Counted from the first letter of the stretch, positions 46,962 to 56,578 are shown. The stretch is 61,477 bases of DNA from an uncultured Enterobacteriaceae bacterium (GCA_964639795.1 CAZXFE010000001.1:1-61477), one strand, 5' to 3'. Numbers and translations are program-made. The notes: generated by a model not told the origin, from the sequence alone.

Positions 46962-46996
46962 ACCACCAATGTCCTGAATAACGTGGGGATGAGGGG

Positions 46997-49153
46997 ATGC
47001 GGAGCTTGTTATACGGACACAAAACAAAGGTAGCAGTCCTTTTATGGATTTGCTTGGCCGCTGGGGCCTGTGCTCGTCAATCAAGTAGGAAAACGGGTGT
47101 ACCTGCGGCAAAACCTCCTCCAGCAACACTGACGCCTACTCCTCCTAAACCGACACATACGGGGCCGCTCCAGCTTCACGAGGTCCGAGTGATTACAGCT
47201 TCTGGCCAACGAAACGTGGTGTTTCGATTTTCACGTCCGCCAGATGACATAAATTACTTTCCCCTACGCGAGCCGAGCCGCATTGTCATTGATATAAAAG
47301 GCCCGATCGAATCGCTGCCTCAGGCTGCAATCTATAAGGCTCACGACCCCCTAATTGGTGCAGTCAGAGTAGGGAGTTATGATGGGAGAATGCGCCTCGT
47401 CGTAGACGTAGCGGCTGAAGAACTACCCCCATTCTCCGTGCAAAGCGGTCATGTCGTCCTGACGGCCACGCTGGGAAAGAAAACGGAGGAAGCCGCTCCA
47501 GAACAGAAAGACGCTCAAGTCCTTTTCATCGCAGAGAACGCCCGCCTTGATCAGCTAGCCCAGGCCCCGCCTGTTGTCGATAAGCTTCCACCCCCTCCCA
47601 GCCACATAGAAGAATCATCCCTCGCTCCGGCTCCGTCTGTATTTGATCCAATACAAGATAGAACCTTTAGCAGTCAGAAACATACTGCCCCCGAGTTCAC
47701 ACCAGCTCAACCGCAGTATATCGGACAGAAGATATCGCTGGAATTTAAGAATGCCGATATTCACGATGTTCTGCGGATTCTTGCCGATGTGAGTGGCCTG
47801 AACCTTGTTTCTACGGACGACGTGAAAGGGAAGATTACCCTCCGTTTAGTCGATGTCCCATGGGATCAAGCACTCGCCGTTGTACTGCAGGCAAATGGGT
47901 TAGAAAGCGTCCAATCCGGCAATGTCGTTACTATCTCAACTACCAAGCGATTAGGAGAGGAGCGCAGCGCTCGACTCAAAGCCAAAGAAGCACAGGGGAA
48001 GCTCGCACCGCTGGAAACCGTCTATGTCAAAATCAATTATGTAAAATCGACCAACCTTGTTACCCTAATTAGCCGTCAGTCCGGATCCGGCAAATCAGGC
48101 GGGGATTCGAAAAAGTCTGGAAAAAGCCGCCGAGGTAGCGGCACCCAGGTTGCCCTCATGTCTCCACGCGGGACAATTGCCGCTGATGATACTTCGAATG
48201 TTGTTATCATTCGCGATGTGCGAGAAAACATTAATGCGATCCAAGAGCTGATTAGCAACATTGATGTCCAAACGCCGCAGGTTCTTATCGAATCGTATAT
48301 CGTCACGGTAAGTGAAAACATTAACCGCTCACTTGGAATCCAATGGGGATACCAACATACCGCAAGTCCACAAACCGGAAATCCGACCGGTCTAAATTTT
48401 CCAGGACTTATCGGGATTGGTGGGGCGGGAAATACTGGTACTGGTGGAATCCCCTTTATTGCTGACTTTCCTGCTACCGCAGGAGCATCCACACTGGATC
48501 TCTTCCTTGGCTCGCTTGATGGCACGAATTCGCTCACGGCACGCTTAAGTGCCCTTGAGTCGGAAGGAAAAGCCCGCGTGATCTCCCGTCCTCGAGTCGT
48601 TACTTTAAATAACGGAGAAGCATTAATTAAGTCCCGCAGAGAAGTGCGAGTGCCTGTCACTTCAGGAAACCTGACTGTTGGAGGCGCCGGTACTTCAGGA
48701 GGCGGCGATGCGTTTGAAGAATTTGATGTCGGTATTACACTGAAGGTGACACCCCAGATCTCTTCCGATCGGTATGTTCTGCTGGAAATCCAGGCAGAAA
48801 GCAGCGCACTGGCAGATTCAAGCGTTACCACAACGGCTTCTTCTTCTACAATTCCAAGCATCCCCGACGTCCTCTCACGAACAACGAATTCAACAGTATT
48901 AATCCGCGCAGGATCGACCTTCGTTTTGGGCGGTATACTGCAAGATTCGTTAGACCGGCGTGAAACTGGTATTCCCTATCTGAGAAACACTCCGGGCATA
49001 GGCTGGCTATTTAAAGGGAAAAACGACAGTCGGACAAAAGATGAACTCTTAATTTTCCTCACACCAACGATTGTTGCTGGTGTGTCGACTACGACTTTAC
49101 CCTCGGCGAACCAACTGTGGGAAAATCGGCCAGGTGCTGGATCCAGACCGTAA
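46997..49153 (+). CDS. pilQ: type IV pilus secretin PilQ
   Basis: 718 aa. Signal/lipobox-like N-terminus, an AMIN-like domain, secretin N domains (ISLEFKNADIHDVLRILADVSGLNLV) and a C-terminal secretin domain. Confidence 0.9.
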   Translation: MRSLLYGHKTKVAVLLWICLAAGACARQSSRKTGVPAAKPPPATLTPTPPKPTHTGPLQLHEVRVITASGQRNVVFRFSRPPDDINYFPLREPSRIVIDIKGPIESLPQAAIYKAHDPLIGAVRVGSYDGRMRLVVDVAAEELPPFSVQSGHVVLTATLGKKTEEAAPEQKDAQVLFIAENARLDQLAQAPPVVDKLPPPPSHIEESSLAPAPSVFDPIQDRTFSSQKHTAPEFTPAQPQYIGQKISLEFKNADIHDVLRILADVSGLNLVSTDDVKGKITLRLVDVPWDQALAVVLQANGLESVQSGNVVTISTTKRLGEERSARLKAKEAQGKLAPLETVYVKINYVKSTNLVTLISRQSGSGKSGGDSKKSGKSRRGSGTQVALMSPRGTIAADDTSNVVIIRDVRENINAIQELISNIDVQTPQVLIESYIVTVSENINRSLGIQWGYQHTASPQTGNPTGLNFPGLIGIGGAGNTGTGGIPFIADFPATAGASTLDLFLGSLDGTNSLTARLSALESEGKARVISRPRVVTLNNGEALIKSRREVRVPVTSGNLTVGGAGTSGGGDAFEEFDVGITLKVTPQISSDRYVLLEIQAESSALADSSVTTTASSSTIPSIPDVLSRTTNSTVLIRAGSTFVLGGILQDSLDRRETGIPYLRNTPGIGWLFKGKNDSRTKDELLIFLTPTIVAGVSTTTLPSANQLWENRPGAGSRP

Positions 49154-49159
49154 GGGGGA

Positions 49160-50099
49160 GAGACTTTAGAGAAGGCGGCCACGATCTTTCTGATGGAGAT
49201 GGTGGTGGAAGAATCGGAAAACCTAGAGGCCTAAGAGCTCAACGGTGGTGGGGTTGAAGATGTGAGGGAGCTCTTAGACCTGTAGGTTTCTCATAGATCA
49301 GGAGGAAGTTGAGAAGAGAGTAAAAAGCGCTAAAAGGTCGAGACACTCGGAGGCTTGGACGCCAATTGCGGCCATGCGGATGTTGTGGGGTGGTGGAAGC
49401 GAGGGACAGATCTCTTTGGTTCCGAGCTTCCGAGCGTCTCTATCAGGGTGGGGTAAAGTGGTGTGGTGGTGGTGGACATGGAGAGACGAATATAGGGGCG
49501 GAGATTTACCCCATCCGCCCCTATACACTCAGACACCAGCGATTGAAAGCCGGGAGGAGAGGGAGGAGGATGCACAGGGGGGCAGGCAGCGGATTGTGAA
49601 AGGTCATCTACATGTTACGTCTTTTTCTGATGATAAAGACGAGAATATTGCCGTTACGCGTCCGAGTCATGCCGACCTCAAATGTGAAGAAGCTGAAGTT
49701 TCCCCGGTGCGGTTGGCTTATGGGGAAGCGGAGAAGAAAATAATTGCCCTTACTGATCAGCGTAAAAAGCAGGGCAACACGTTGGGTGGGGTGGTGGAGG
49801 TGGCGGCAACAGGGTTGCCGCCAGGGCTGGGGAGTTTTGTTCAGTGGGACCGCAGGCTTGATGGGCGGCTCGGCTCGGCGCTCTTAAGCTTGCAGTCGGC
49901 GAAGGAAGTGGTGGTGGGGTGAGGGTTTGACACTGCAAAACTCTCCGGCTCGTAGGTGGATGACGAGATGGTCTCCAACCATAATACAGGCTTCATTCGC
50001 CAAAGCAACAATTCCGGCGGAACTGAGGGAGGAATGAGTGCCGGTGAACCTTTGCGCGTCATTGAACATGTGAGACAATTCTCATGGCCTCCCTTTTGA
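49160..50099 (+). pseudogene. aroC: chorismate synthase remnant (many stops, 3' truncated)
   Basis: GGETLEKAATIFL.. resembles AGESHG-x-A-x-T. Also RPSHADL, GNTLGGVVEVAATGLPPGLGSFVQWDRRLDGRL, VVG-TGA-GFDTAKLSGS-TAG-VDDE, NNSGGTEGGMSAGEPLRV. The last ~100 codons or so are missing, and the frame runs into the aroK start. Confidence 0.75.
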
Positions 50100-50620
50100 T
50101 ACGCAACATCATCCTAACTGGTTTTATGGGAACAGGAAAAAGTGTCGTTGGGAAACGTCTTGCCAAACAACTCAGACGCCGATTCATTGATACAGACACT
50201 CTTATCGAACAAGAAGCGGGCATATCGATCGTCCAGATCTTTGCGGCAGAAGGGGAGCCGGCTTTCAGAAAAAGGGAAAGACAGGCAATCGTACATCTTT
50301 GTCAAGAGGAAAACGTAGTGGTTGCCACGGGTGGTGGAACGGTCTTGGATGCGGGAAATGCGAGGATGCTGGAAGAGAGCGGCCTCGTCATCTGTCTCAC
50401 TGCACGACCAGAGGTTATACTCCAGCGTCTCCACGGCAATACTACATCACGCCCGCTTTTACAGGGGCCAAACCCGCTCGAAAAGATACAGAATCTGATG
50501 GCGGATCGGGCTGATGCATATGCAAAAGCCAACCTCAGCATAGATACTTCGTATTTAGACCCGGATGCTGTTGTAGAGGCAGCGTTGGTAGCACTGTCCG
50601 AAAAGAGCCGCGCGACGTAG
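50084..50620 (+). CDS. aroK: shikimate kinase
   Basis: 178 aa. GFMGTGKSVVGKRLA, FIDTD, VVATGGG. Confidence 0.9.
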   Translation: MASLLIRNIILTGFMGTGKSVVGKRLAKQLRRRFIDTDTLIEQEAGISIVQIFAAEGEPAFRKRERQAIVHLCQEENVVVATGGGTVLDAGNARMLEESGLVICLTARPEVILQRLHGNTTSRPLLQGPNPLEKIQNLMADRADAYAKANLSIDTSYLDPDAVVEAALVALSEKSRAT

Positions 50621-50631
50621 AAAATAACGCA

Positions 50632-51705
50632 ATGGACACTGTCACAGTAAATCTCGGGACCAGGTCATACCCCATCCATATTGGGTCAGGCGTCCTCACC
50701 GCGCTTGGGCAACTTCTGAACCAGCAAAATTTTCCAGCCGGCCGCATCGGAGTCGTGACAGACACACATGTTGGCAAACATTATAGGGAGCACGTTACTC
50801 ATACGCTTGGCGCATCGGGATTCGACCCGGTATTCATTGAAATTCCGGCCGGTGAAGAGCATAAGAACCTGACATGGCTTGCCTTTCTGTATGACAAGCT
50901 CGTCGAGGGACGCCTTGAGCGTACATCACCCCTTCTTGCCCTCGGCGGCGGTGTGATTGGAGACCTCACCGGTTTTGCTGCTGCAACATTCCAGCGCGGT
51001 GTGCCGTTTATTCAAGTCCCGACAACACTTCTAGCCCAAGTTGATGCGAGCGTTGGGGGAAAAACTGCGGTCAATCATCCAGCTGGAAAGAATCTGATCG
51101 GCGCATTTTACCAGCCACGCATGGTCGCAATCGATGTCGAGACGCTGAAAACCTTGCCGCGACGCGAATTTGTGGCAGGAATAGCCGAAGTTATTAAATA
51201 CGGCGTTATTCTCAGTCCGGAACTGTTTCTGTTGTTGGAAGAAGAGCTTTCGGTGCTACTCGACCTGAATCCCTTCCTCTTAACCTGTATTGTCAAAACC
51301 TGTTGTCAGCTCAAAGCACTCGTAGTGGAAGAAGACGAAACCGAAAGGGATTATCGGGCTATACTCAACTTCGGCCATACTTTAGGCCATGCCATTGAGA
51401 GTACAACGGACTACGAATGTTTTTTACATGGGGAAGCCGTTGCTCTGGGGATGGTCTTTGCTGCACGTCTATCTCAGCTTCGCGGTCTGTGTCGTTCTAC
51501 GACCAGCGAGAGGGTCTGCCGCTTGATTAAACAAGCAGGGCTGCCGGTTGATATCCCCACAAATCTTGCAGAAGAACGCCTACGGAAGGGGATCGAGACG
51601 GACAAAAAAGTTGCTGGTGGGAAAGTCAAGTTTGTGTGTATCGAAGACATTGGGAAGACGCGTTTCGAATTTTTAAGCGCAAAAGAGATTGCTGAACACT
51701 TGTAA
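50632..51705 (+). CDS. aroB: 3-dehydroquinate synthase
   Basis: 357 aa. GGGVIGDLTGFAAATFQRGVPFIQVPTTLLAQVDASVGGKTAVN, plus HGEAVALGM. Confidence 0.95.
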   Translation: MDTVTVNLGTRSYPIHIGSGVLTALGQLLNQQNFPAGRIGVVTDTHVGKHYREHVTHTLGASGFDPVFIEIPAGEEHKNLTWLAFLYDKLVEGRLERTSPLLALGGGVIGDLTGFAAATFQRGVPFIQVPTTLLAQVDASVGGKTAVNHPAGKNLIGAFYQPRMVAIDVETLKTLPRREFVAGIAEVIKYGVILSPELFLLLEEELSVLLDLNPFLLTCIVKTCCQLKALVVEEDETERDYRAILNFGHTLGHAIESTTDYECFLHGEAVALGMVFAARLSQLRGLCRSTTSERVCRLIKQAGLPVDIPTNLAEERLRKGIETDKKVAGGKVKFVCIEDIGKTRFEFLSAKEIAEHL

Positions 51706-51805
51706 AGTGTGTGTTGGGAAGGACGGTTGCAATGGTTTCTGGTGCTACTCGCGCTGATACGTGGGGCTTGTGGCAATCGAGGAGATAACGACAAAGAAGT
51801 ATCAT

Positions 51806-51889
51806 TTCGCTAAATCGGTATATTCCAGTGAGATCGTACGTCTCTGTTAAGAGGAAAACATAGTGGTGGCCACGGGCCGTGGAACCGAC
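51806..51889 (+). pseudogene. short duplicated aroK fragment
   Basis: FAKSVYSSEIVRLC-TAA-EENIVVATGRGT compared with aroK FRKRERQAIVHLCQEENVVVATGGGT. About 40 nt are near-identical to 50305-50343. Confidence 0.6.
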
Positions 51890-51992
51890 AGGAGGATCAG
51901 TGTCTTGCTTGTAGCGTAGCTGCGGCGGTTCGGGTGGCGGAGCTTCCAATTCAGGCTCACAGTTTGTTTTTGAGGCGCGCGGATGACTGAGT

Positions 51993-53413
51993 TTGTACGT
52001 TGGAGTGGACATCACCAAACCCACGGTCTTAACCCTCACGGCGACACTGCTCGATTCTCAAGGGTTTCCCTTCCGCGACGCGCAGTTGACCTTCGCTGCC
52101 GATTTCGGCGATATCACGATCATTCAGAAAGATGCGCACCGGAGTATCTGCAATCCAATAACTTGTTCGAATCGCGGAGCTGCTATCACGGACGACAATG
52201 GAGAGGCGCATGTCACAGTTATTGCCGGTCTCACCACCGGCTAGACACGGATCATTGTTGCCGCTCCTCCTGCGTTGAACATTTCTACTGGCGTCACGGT
52301 CACCATTACCGGACAAGGCTTCATCTCGCTCGGAACCCTGAGTGTTGATCCGTCTGCCGTCACTTTTGTGAATCCCGTTCTTGGACCTGACGATCCAGGC
52401 TCTCCATCGACAATAGCCGTGTTACAGGCGCTAGGCGGCACTCCGGCGTTTAGGGGGGATCACGGCAATCAAGATTTAGGCACAATTGCAGCGACTGGCA
52501 TTCCAAATGTAAATGAAACGGCTGAGTACACCTTGACCGGCGCTATCCCTACAGCTACTGCGCCAACGGCGCTGCAAGATACGGTTACGCTGTATGACCC
52601 TGAGGGAAGCCAAGCCTCTGCAACGGTGAACGTCGTCTTTGCCGGTTGTACACTTATGGCCGACCAAACCAACGGTCACGCTTCCGAATGTGCCGGGGAA
52701 AGGCTTTCGGCTTGACGTCAGCGATGGTGTGCCGCCGTTTGCTGTGACGCAGCTATTCCCAGACACTGCAACGGCATCGGCGATTGACGTATTGGCTCAA
52801 GTCATCGTTGCAAACGGCAATGTCATCTCCGGCGAAACATGCGACGCAACAGGTGAACGGTGGTTCATCACCTTTACTTTACCTACCGATTTTCGGACAG
52901 TAATCCCTGGTACAGTCCGCATACGTGACGTCTGCGGTTGTAAGGCAACAATACAACTCACCATACGAACCGTGCGCGAACGGAGTCATTGATAATGGGA
53001 TGGAGTGTGATGGAACGGACTTCCCTGCGGGGCTCAGTAACTGTGGAAATGTAGTAGGAACGCCGTTCTTGGGAGTCCTCTTTTGCACGGATACATGCAC
53101 GATTGATAACAGGAACTGTCAGGTTCCTCCTGCTACTCCAGCAACAGCAGCATCTTCGTCGTGTAAGAAAGGGATTATTGACCCAGGTGAATTGTGTGAC
53201 ATAAACGATTTTGGCAGTCTTACTTGCGCGAGTCATGAAGGAGCGGGGGCGACAGGCTCTTTATTCTGCACTGATAGCTGCGCCATAGATACTAGTTATT
53301 GTGAGGCCGCTCTCGCATCAAAACCAATTTCTCCGTGTGGTAACGGAAGCATTGATCCAAGTGAGCAGTGTGACACTCTCAGCCTTGGTGGGGGACTACA
53401 TGCCCATCATTGA
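51993..53413 (+). pseudogene. large surface protein (Ig-like domains plus cysteine-rich CGNG repeats) broken by a TAG and two frameshifts
   Basis: Four consecutive track ORFs in frames 0, 0, +1 and +2. TAG is at 52245-52247. The C-terminal repeats are PCANGVIDNGMECDG.., SCKKGIIDPGELCD.., PCGNGSIDPSEQCD... A possible signal peptide lies at 51727. Confidence 0.6.
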
Positions 53414-53429
53414 CGCCTTCTGAGGGGCT

Positions 53430-54770
53430 TTGTACTGTGCGCGGGTGGGAGACCATCGAAATGCACGGCCGCGCAAACCTCGGGATGGGAAACCGTACGC
53501 AAAGCGGTCGTATAAACCGTATCAGAAAGAGCCAGAACACGAGAAAAGAGGTGCTCCTGCTGTGTCTGACAGACCCTGGCGGCCTCCGTGTCCACACCAG
53601 CCGCATTGTTACGGCTGCCCGTTTGTCGCTATTCCCTACGATCAGCAGCTTGAAAAAAAGCAAAAGATTGTCCATGAGGCATTTGCCGGCTTCTCCTCTC
53701 TCAGTGGTATCAATACCCCTCTACCGGTCGCCTCTCCCCAGAAGTTCGGCTATCGCTCGCGGGTAAAATTAGCGGTCCGGCGTGTCAAAGGGGAAACCCT
53801 GATAGGCCTGTATGTACCTGAAACGCATAGGGTTTTCGATATTTCGGCTTGCCCTGTGCATCCAAAACAAATTAACGAAATTTTATCCTTCCTCAAACAA
53901 GCCGTCGAACGTCTAGACATTGTCCCGTACGACGAAGAAAGAGATACCGGTCAACTTCGATATATAGACCTGCGCTATAGTTTTTGGCAACGCAAAGCAT
54001 TACTCATGCTAGTCACCCGGCATATGCACTTTCCGCAGGTCCAGGAACTGACCCGGCAGCTTGAGCGGCAGTTTCCATACTTGAGTGGCATTGTTCACAA
54101 TATCAACGAGCAGCCAGGGAACGTGATTTGGGGTAAGCGGTTCCGGCCGCTGCGAGGACGTGACTCTCTTCTGGAACAAGTTGGCCATCTACGCCTTAAT
54201 GTCCCGGTTGACACATTCACCCAGGTGAACCCGCCTATGGCAAAGCGGATCTACGAGACCATTGTGCGCTGGGGCAATCTCACTGGACAAGAGATTGTGC
54301 TTGATGTGTACTGCGGAATTGGGCCCATTGCCCTGTACCTGGCATCACAGGCAAAGCTGGTCGCCGGTATTGAGGAAAATGTGCGCGCCGTGAACGTTGC
54401 TAAAGAAAATGCACGACGTAGTGGTTATCACAATACGCGTTTCTTTGCCGGGGACGCGGCCGAGAAAGTCGCCGACGTGGCACTCAACCTGCCACCAATT
54501 GACATGGTTGTTCTCAACCCACCGCGTAAAGGGTTGAGCCGGGAGGCTTTCTCGGCGGTAGCAAACGTGAATGCACCAAAGCTCGTGTATGTCTCGTGCT
54601 CTCCGCAGACTCTTGCACGAGACCTTAATCGATTCTCCCAAGCCGGGTATGCCGTGGGACGAATACAGCCGTTCGATATGTTTCCGCAGACAGATCAGGT
54701 AGAAACTCTCGCCCTTATTGAGAAACCAGAGAAACGCGGTGAAGCAACCCCATACCCCTCCTTTTCATGA
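53430..54770 (+). CDS. RumA/TrmA-family SAM-dependent RNA (uracil-5-)-methyltransferase
   Basis: 446 aa. Basic N-terminal extension, a Cys cluster (CPHQPHCYGCPF .. CPVH), the SAM-binding motif VLDVYCGIGPIAL, and catalytic VYVSCSP. Confidence 0.85.
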   Translation: MYCARVGDHRNARPRKPRDGKPYAKRSYKPYQKEPEHEKRGAPAVSDRPWRPPCPHQPHCYGCPFVAIPYDQQLEKKQKIVHEAFAGFSSLSGINTPLPVASPQKFGYRSRVKLAVRRVKGETLIGLYVPETHRVFDISACPVHPKQINEILSFLKQAVERLDIVPYDEERDTGQLRYIDLRYSFWQRKALLMLVTRHMHFPQVQELTRQLERQFPYLSGIVHNINEQPGNVIWGKRFRPLRGRDSLLEQVGHLRLNVPVDTFTQVNPPMAKRIYETIVRWGNLTGQEIVLDVYCGIGPIALYLASQAKLVAGIEENVRAVNVAKENARRSGYHNTRFFAGDAAEKVADVALNLPPIDMVVLNPPRKGLSREAFSAVANVNAPKLVYVSCSPQTLARDLNRFSQAGYAVGRIQPFDMFPQTDQVETLALIEKPEKRGEATPYPSFS

Positions 54771-54801
54771 GAAAGCTCAAAATTCATGAGAAAGCTCAAA
54801 A
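54764..54801 (+). repeat. perfect 19-bp tandem duplication (TTCATGAGAAAGCTCAAAA x2)
   Basis: Copy 1 holds the methyltransferase stop codon and copy 2 holds the pgeF start codon. Confidence 0.8.
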
Positions 54802-55517
54802 ACCAGCAGCTATGGCTTCATGCTAAGGGATGGGCGCACTTTCCGCGCCTTATCCACGGCTTCTCTCGGCGTCTTCCAAGAATGCATCATATTGACGATA
54901 GTGCACCCTTTATTCCGACTGTTTCCGGTCTCTTCCCCCATACACTTAAACAAGTGCATGGCAATGATATTGTGCATATCAAGGGAACGGAGGCAGAACT
55001 GACCGAAGTAGAAGCGGACGGCATGATCACCACTGATGCAGGGGTTCTGCTCGGTATTATGACTGCAGATTGTGTCCCTATACTTATGGTCGTACCTCAA
55101 CATAGGATAGCCATTGCCTTACATGCCGGTTGGAGAGGAACCCAAAAAGAGATCTGCTTGAGCGCAGTAGAGCTATGTACGAAAAAGTGGCACCTCAACC
55201 CATCCCAACTTTGGGTTGCCTTGGGCCCGTCGATAGGCGGGTGCTGTTACGATGTCGGATATGACGTCGGGAAGCCCCTTTTCCAACGTTGGGGAGATAA
55301 GGCAAAAGAGGCCTGGCACGTTCGAGGAGACGGAAAAGGATTGCTTGACCTCCGGGCGATAAACAAAGCGCAATTGACCTGGGCCGGTATTCCGGATGAG
55401 CAGATCCAGAGTGTAGGGTCCTGTACTTGTTGCAATCGGGTCGAATTTACTTCGTACCGGAGAGAAGGTTCGCAATCCGGGCGACAGATCAGTGTAATTG
55501 GCTGGAAGCCTTCTTGA
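54786..55517 (+). CDS. pgeF: YfiH/PgeF-family (laccase-domain) protein
   Basis: 243 aa. QVHGNDIV, TADCVPIL, HAGWRGT, CCYDVG. Confidence 0.9.
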   Translation: MRKLKNQQLWLHAKGWAHFPRLIHGFSRRLPRMHHIDDSAPFIPTVSGLFPHTLKQVHGNDIVHIKGTEAELTEVEADGMITTDAGVLLGIMTADCVPILMVVPQHRIAIALHAGWRGTQKEICLSAVELCTKKWHLNPSQLWVALGPSIGGCCYDVGYDVGKPLFQRWGDKAKEAWHVRGDGKGLLDLRAINKAQLTWAGIPDEQIQSVGSCTCCNRVEFTSYRREGSQSGRQISVIGWKPS

Positions 55518-55564
55518 GTCAATCGGGTTCAAAACTCTTTCGGGTTCGATACTTTTGAGCAGTT

Positions 55565-56578
55565 ATGCGTGTTGCAGTCATTGGTGCGGGAGGTTGGGGG
55601 ACAGCTCTCGCTTGCCTCTTAGACAATGCCGGCCATCATGTCTGTATGTGGGTCAGACGCGAGGCCGCGTATCAACAACTGCAACGAACAAATGAAAACC
55701 GCGCCTATCTGCCAGATATTCGTCTCCCAAAAACTCTTCGCTTTACTACGAACCTCGCTGAAGCGGGGGCTGGAGCCAAGCTTATTGTTTTTGCTGTTCC
55801 ATCGCATGCGGTCCGGTCCACGGCGTCACAACTTGCACCGGTTGTTGCTGGCACACCACTATTCGTTAGTACAAGTAAAGGCATTGAGGAAAAATCCCTC
55901 CAAACCATGAGCGGTGTGCTAAGGGACACACTCCCGGAGCAACTCGTAGACAGGATCGCAGTTCTTTCAGGCCCGAGCTTTGCAGTAGAAGTGGCACGCG
56001 GACTCCCCACCGCAGTCACTGCGGCAGCGTTAGACCAAAGGCTCGCAAAGATCGTACAGAAGACGTTCTACGCACCCACATTCCGCGTCTATACCACGAC
56101 TGACCTCATTGGTGTTGAGGTCGGTGGCGCAGTCAAAAATGTGATCGCTCTCGCAGTGGGAGTGAGTGATGGATTAGGCTATGGCTATAATGCGAGAGCC
56201 GCATTAATCACACGTGGAATGGCTGAAGTGGTGCGTTTGGCAATACGAATGGGGGCAAGCCCACAGACATTATCGGGTCTGTCTGGTATGGGTGATCTCA
56301 TCCTCACGTGTACGAGTGATCTCAGCCGTAATCGTACTGTTGGTATACGGTTGGGAAAAGGGGAGAAGATTGAAGAGATCCGGCAGAGTATGTCGACTAT
56401 CGCAGAGGGGATCCGGAATTGTCGGTCAATTCTTGCTTTAGCACACCGTTTGGCCGTAGAAATGCCTATTGTTAATCAAATTTCAGCGCTCTTGTATGCC
56501 GGAAAACAACCCAAGGATGTCGTCGCGGATTTGTTATCCCGTCAAGTGAAACCTGAGTTTCCTCGGGAGGAAAATTGA
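55565..56578 (+). CDS. gpsA: NAD(P)H-dependent glycerol-3-phosphate dehydrogenase
   Basis: 337 aa. VIGAGGWGTALA, GPSFA.EVA, GAVKNVIALA, SRNRTVG. Confidence 0.95.
   Translation: MRVAVIGAGGWGTALACLLDNAGHHVCMWVRREAAYQQLQRTNENRAYLPDIRLPKTLRFTTNLAEAGAGAKLIVFAVPSHAVRSTASQLAPVVAGTPLFVSTSKGIEEKSLQTMSGVLRDTLPEQLVDRIAVLSGPSFAVEVARGLPTAVTAAALDQRLAKIVQKTFYAPTFRVYTTTDLIGVEVGGAVKNVIALAVGVSDGLGYGYNARAALITRGMAEVVRLAIRMGASPQTLSGLSGMGDLILTCTSDLSRNRTVGIRLGKGEKIEEIRQSMSTIAEGIRNCRSILALAHRLAVEMPIVNQISALLYAGKQPKDVVADLLSRQVKPEFPREEN

Noticed and set aside
48076-48861. Long antisense or shadow ORFs: 48076..48861 (261 aa), 40475..41182 (235 aa), 30398..30913 (171 aa), 3305..3766 (153 aa), 8001..8438 (145 aa), and many shorter ones inside lhr, polA, priA and dnaE2.
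   Set aside because: Each lies wholly opposite or out of frame within a strongly supported conserved gene. They have low-complexity, Arg/Ser/Pro-rich composition and no recognisable family.
49920-49922. The in-frame TGA in aroC (and the TGA at 13760 in the frame after small ORF B) as further selenocysteine codons.
   Set aside because: The TGA is not at a Cys or redox position and there is no hairpin at the right distance. The surrounding gene contains many other stops.
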